DNA of 64,000 bases from Heteronotia binoei (lineage: Eukaryota), in NCBI RefSeq assembly GCF_032191835.1, contig NC_083230.1, forward strand, positions 3,720,001 to 3,784,000. The letters are read 5' to 3'. How positions within the stretch are numbered: position 1 is the first letter of the stretch; each line of letters opens with the position of its first letter. This document shows positions 59,170-64,000 of the stretch, in pieces. The position numbers were made by a program, and so were the translations under genes. The notes beneath the pieces were generated by a model. It made no database searches. It had not been told where the DNA came from and saw only the letters and a list, made by a program, of their open reading frames with translations.

Positions 59170-62100
59170 CTTTCAAGTTGAAGCTTCCAACAATAAATGC
59201 AGTCTTCCAAACTTAATAGTATTCCAAGAGGCCTCAGGGTGCACAAACCTCCAGCTATGTTTACAGAAGATGCAGATTTCAGGATTAAATGGGCTGCTAT
59301 TTTGAATAAGTGCTCTACAGATCTGATGCTATTACTCATTGAAAAATCCAAAACTGAGATTGTTGTAATTAAAGCTGATGTGGAAAAGATGGAAATATCC
59401 CTGAAAGAGACATGTTCTACTCAGATTTTTGATAAGAAAATTAAGGAATTTAGAAGTAGTATATATGATTTTGAGAATAAGATAAAAGAAGTTAAGGTTA
59501 AGAAGTTCAACAGGGACCTTAAAGACTACACAGAAGGGAACATTTATAATTGGACTGTAGACCATCTTAAGAAATAAAAAGCTAATGAGAAACACATCTC
59601 ATGGGCATGCCCAATGAGGGTGTACTCTGATGTGGACTCCTCTGATGTTGATTCTGGATCCACATCAGGGAAGGATAAAGCCAAAGAGAATTCTTAAGAG
59701 CTACAATAGGAAGGATGGGGATAGGAGAACTGGTGATGATTTTTTAGGACAGAGCCAGGACCAAAGGAACTGCAAGAAGATGTAGTCGTAAATTTGTCTA
59801 ACCGGTTACTGACAGTTGAGGAGCATAGGGTGCTCAATAGAGGGCTGGGTTTTGTGCCTGTACCTGATTACAACAGTTTCAGACAAGAATTGATCTTTTT
59901 AAATTAATCCGAATGATCAAACTTAAAAAATTGTTTGCAAATTATGAGGGCAACGGGGAAATGTTCTGTCCCAAATCTACATTTAATCCCTCTATTCAGG
60001 ATCCAACAATTGTAACTTTTGAGCATTTAGTTTTGAGAGATGTTAAAAGGCTGGAAAGCAATTTAGAGCGACCTTGGAGTAATCTGCCTCGAGAGGAGGC
60101 TTTATCTCTTAAAGGGCTTGTACAGGATGATTCTATCATAGTGAAGCCTGCTGATAAGGGCAGCGGCATTGTGGTTTTGAACAGTAATGATTATCATCAA
60201 GAAATTGAAAAGCAACTAGCTGTTACCACACATTATAAGTGCATGATGAGTGATCCAACAAGGAATATTCAGAGATTGATTAAAATTGTCCTGAATGAGG
60301 CTGAAATGATGGGCATAATCTCCAACAAGTTACATAAATATTTATACAACGAATTTCCCAGGACTCCTTGCCTTTACATCTTGCCTAAGATACATAAACA
60401 GATACTCCCACCACCAGGGAGACCAATTTTATCAGGCACAAACTCAGTGTTAGAACCTTTAGCAAAGTATTTAGATTATTTTCTACAACCCTTTGTCCTC
60501 AGAATGAAGTCTTTTACTAAAGACACAATTCAGTTTATTAACAACATTGAAGAGTTATTGGTTCCAGAAGAGGCTGTCTTGATCACAACAGATGTAAAAT
60601 CACTCTATACAATTATACCACATGAAGATGCAAGGCTGGTGGTTGAAGAAACTTTGGAGTTGAGGGAAATTAAAGAGCCCCCTACATATTTCCTTATGAA
60701 ACTGCTAGACATAATCCTGGATAATAATTATTTCCAGTATAGAGATTCTTTTTATTTGCAAGTGTCTGGGGTAGCTATGGGGTCAAGTTGTGTCCCTAGC
60801 ATAGCAAATCTCTTCATGAACAAACTTGAGATGGAAAAAATTTTCAATGAATATTGCAATCCTTTTTGGAAAGAGATAATTTTTTACACCAGCTTTATAG
60901 ATGATTGCTTCTTTGTAATAAGCCACACAAAATATGTGTCAGAGCTCATGAACTGGATGGACACAATGCATGACAAGGTGGAATTTACTTACCAGGAAAG
61001 CACTAATGATGTACCTTTTTATACACAGTTGTGTACAAAACTACTGAGAATAAGTTGGCAGCTAAAACCTACAGAAAGCCAACAGATAGGAATGCTTTTT
61101 TACAGTATTCATCATTCCATCCACATGCTTTGAAAAAGAATATACCATATGACCAGTTTGTAAGGCTGAGAAGAAATAGTACCCTAATGTCTGATTACCT
61201 TGAGGATAGTGATAAGTTGACATCTCATTTTGTTGGTAGAGGCTATCCAGAAAAAGATGTTAGGATGGCTAGAAAAAGGGCTGCCAATTTAGATAGAACA
61301 CAGTTACTAAAAGAGAATCCCAGGATGAGAAATACTAGATTACAATGGGGACTAGAATCTAGTAGACTGTCTAGCAGAATTTGTAATGTGGTAAGGAAGC
61401 ATTGGCACATTGTAAGTGATATTGGAGGTTGTGATTTGCCACCACAAATAGGATTGCGTCGCACTTATTCCGTTAGGGATAAATTGATAAGATCTAGAGA
61501 ATACCAGTTGGTCAAGCATACTCTTAAAGGGCACTTTGCTTGTAAAAAGTGTGCAATTTGTCATTTATCTATGAATGTCAAAGAGTATTATTCTGCTGAA
61601 AAGACTAGACCATTTGTTCTAAATCATTACCCTACATGTGCTACCCGCTGTGTTGTGTATTTGATCATCTGTGGGTGTGGCCTAAGGTATGTTGGCGGCA
61701 CTACTCGAGCCCTTAGAGTACGTATCCTGGAACACAGGAGCAGACTTAGGAACCATGTGATTAAAGGTCCTATGAGCAGCCGTTTTATGCAAAAGAATCA
61801 TGACTGAAGTTTTTTGTTTTTTCACCTTATACAAATATGAACAAACAGATAGAAATGAAGACGTGCACAAGATCCTGCTGCAAAAAGAGGCCTACTGGAT
61901 ACACCAGTTGAATTGCATTTCTCCATATGGACTGAATGTGACCAATGATTTGACATTTTTTTTATGAATGGTCTTCTTTATAGTATTATGAGTGCTGTGC
62001 ATAATTTGGCTTTGTGATAACACATTTTTGTATAAATTATGTGATTTGACATTCTTTGTATGGAATATTTTGTATGTTGTATCTGCTGTGGATATAGTGT

Positions 62101-62560
62101 GTGGGGTTGGTGTCATTTAGCATGTTGCATTAGAAATATGTTACTTCACCTTTAAGAGGTTTGTGTAATGGCAGCTGTAGATGAGATGTTTGCCTTTTAA
62201 AACATGTTAGTTGCACCATTAGGGTGCGCAAGAAGCCTCATACTGAGCTGTAGCCAATGTGAAATTGCTGCTGGAGACGCTCTGCGTCCCTTTTTTAAAA
62301 ATTATGTAAAGAATCTATATAATTGAATCAATATGTAAGTATGATATTTTTTCACTGGAAGAGGGTTGGTGGTGTCTGAATGTCCTTCTGATATTTTTGT
62401 AAAATATTTTCTTTTGTTAGTGGTCCCAGGTCTGATGAGGACTGGAAAGAAACAAGTACTTAATCGATTGGCTTGTCACCACACTATTTTGGGACTTTAA
62501 GTACGTGTTTTGGACATTTGGACTGGTTTCTATATATTTCTTAGTAAATTGGTCACTAGC
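59170..62560 (+). mobile_element. Near full-length Penelope-like element (N-terminal domain, RT, GIY-YIG endonuclease), frameshifted
   Basis: SIPRGLR N-domain; VVNLS, KPADKG, YILPKIHK, GRPI, DVKSLYT, GVAMG, FIDD, KTYRKPTD; CxxCxxC linker and VVY..C.CGLRYVG..TR..R.R..EH nuclease; stop near 61966. Confidence 0.93.
62429..62480 (+). ncRNA. Candidate type I hammerhead ribozyme (degenerate stem II)
   Basis: GGT-CTGATGA-GGACTGGAAA-GAAACAAG...CTTGTC-ACC: core motifs, stem III ACAAG/CTTGT, GTC cleavage triplet and stem I GGT/ACC, located in the PLE 3' region. Confidence 0.55.
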
Positions 62561-64000
62561 TTGTATTTTCTGTTGAGTTTTCCAAACTTTGCTGCTATTA
62601 TAACTCCTGGCATTAAAGTTGTGAGCTACTGATTAAATAATTGTGCTCTGGGGCCATTTTTCCTGAGCGAAGACAAAAAGGGGTGAGCTGGAGGCTAAAA
62701 ATCTGTGAGTTAGCTCATGCTAACTCAACTTAGAGGGAACACTGGTGCCATCTTAATCAGAGTTACACCCTTCTAAGTCCACTAGCACTGATGAACTTGG
62801 ATGCATCTCTCTTTAGGATTGCAGTTCAAGTGTACAGTTTCCTTCACTGTCTCACTAATGTTACAGCATCAGTGACAGAACAAAATTGGAGCCTAGTAAC
62901 AATTTAAGGACCAACAAAATTTTCCAGGGTATAACCTTTTGTGAGTCAAAGCTCACTTTGTTAGATACAAATGAGAAAGAAGATTGATCAGCCTTTATAA
63001 TATCCTGGTCCGATGCTGCGAAGCGTGTTACAAAGATGGTCCAGTTGGAGCCAGATTGCAGAGGAACAGTGCAAAATGTAATCAGTGTGATTAGAGCTAG
63101 GAGCTAAGCATGGAGGTAGGAAATGCAGAACAGTAGCATTTGTAGTCAAACAGGAACCCTATATCCCTATTCTGCCTTAGGGAACCCAATGTCCTGTTAA
63201 TTGTTAATTCTAGTTCAGCAGTTTTGCACTGCAATCTCCTTCAGAAGCTGCTCTGTAGAAGAACTGCCATCTTTAAGTCAGCAATGGAATGTTCTTGTAA
63301 CATACCCCTTCACACTTTCCGACCTAATGGATCTCATTTGTATCCAGCAAAGTGAACTTTAACTCATAAAAGCTTTTATCCTGGAAATTTTATTGGTCTA
63401 TAAGGTGGTACTGGGCTCAACTATTTCTCTACTACTACAGCTGACCACCGGGAACTAACATTAATGATATGCATCCTGCATTAAGTTTAGTTTGCACCAC
63501 TATCAAAATATTGTTAGTCAGTGATAACTGGCAAAATGGGCATCTTCGTCATAACTTGCAAAGTGTATTTGAGAAATTGTATTTGTGTTCTGTGGGAATT
63601 CATTAATAGTATGTTCTGTTTGTCACGGTCCTTCTTTTTCCTTCCCTGAATAACGTGCTGGAATCTTTTGGCCTTCTCTGTCAAAGTTTGTACAAATTTA
63701 GCAGTTTGTTCTCCTTTTCTTTCATTTAAATCTATAATCTATATATGATTCAGTCTGAACTCTTTCCTTGACACGCCCTTCACACATGACTGAAATATCT
63801 AGAACAGCAAGAATTATTTCCATGCGACTGTCAGTCTCTGAATTTAAAATGTGGAACATTTGCTAAATGTGGTGGGAAATTATGTCTATGGGTAAACTTC
63901 AAAGTGGCAGAAAATGATCAAAAAGGCCCTCTGAAGTTCTAGTTGCTTTACAAAAATTGTGGTATATTTTACACAATCATCAAATGGCATAGATTTTGTT

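Overview
Vertebrate (squamate, probably gecko) genomic DNA that is almost entirely transposable-element debris. The lineage call rests on Sauria-type, 5S-derived and Squam3-like SINEs and BovB-like RTE fragments. I could not securely identify a host gene. The dominant feature is a complete, apparently very young DIRS1-type tyrosine-recombinase retrotransposon (8409-14407) with ITRs, an internal complementary region and intact gag, RT/RNaseH/MT-like and YR ORFs. Its gag stop lies in a CTT-TGA-C context that could be a +1 frameshift site into the RT frame. Just downstream is a rearranged class I ERV fragment in which an unrecognised, still-open ~260-codon Trp/Cys-rich ORF starts directly after the integrase stop (TAG-ATG), while the neighbouring pol is decayed. 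This is the best candidate for something undescribed. Also present: a deleted Ty3/gypsy (sushi-like) element with a self-complementary primer site, three solo LTRs with 5-bp TSDs, two Penelope-like elements (one nearly full length with a hammerhead-like motif), L1, ORF1-only L1-like, CR1, L2 and RTE fragments, hAT-type non-autonomous elements, SINEs and microsatellites. All calls come from motif recognition and manual alignment; no database search was run.
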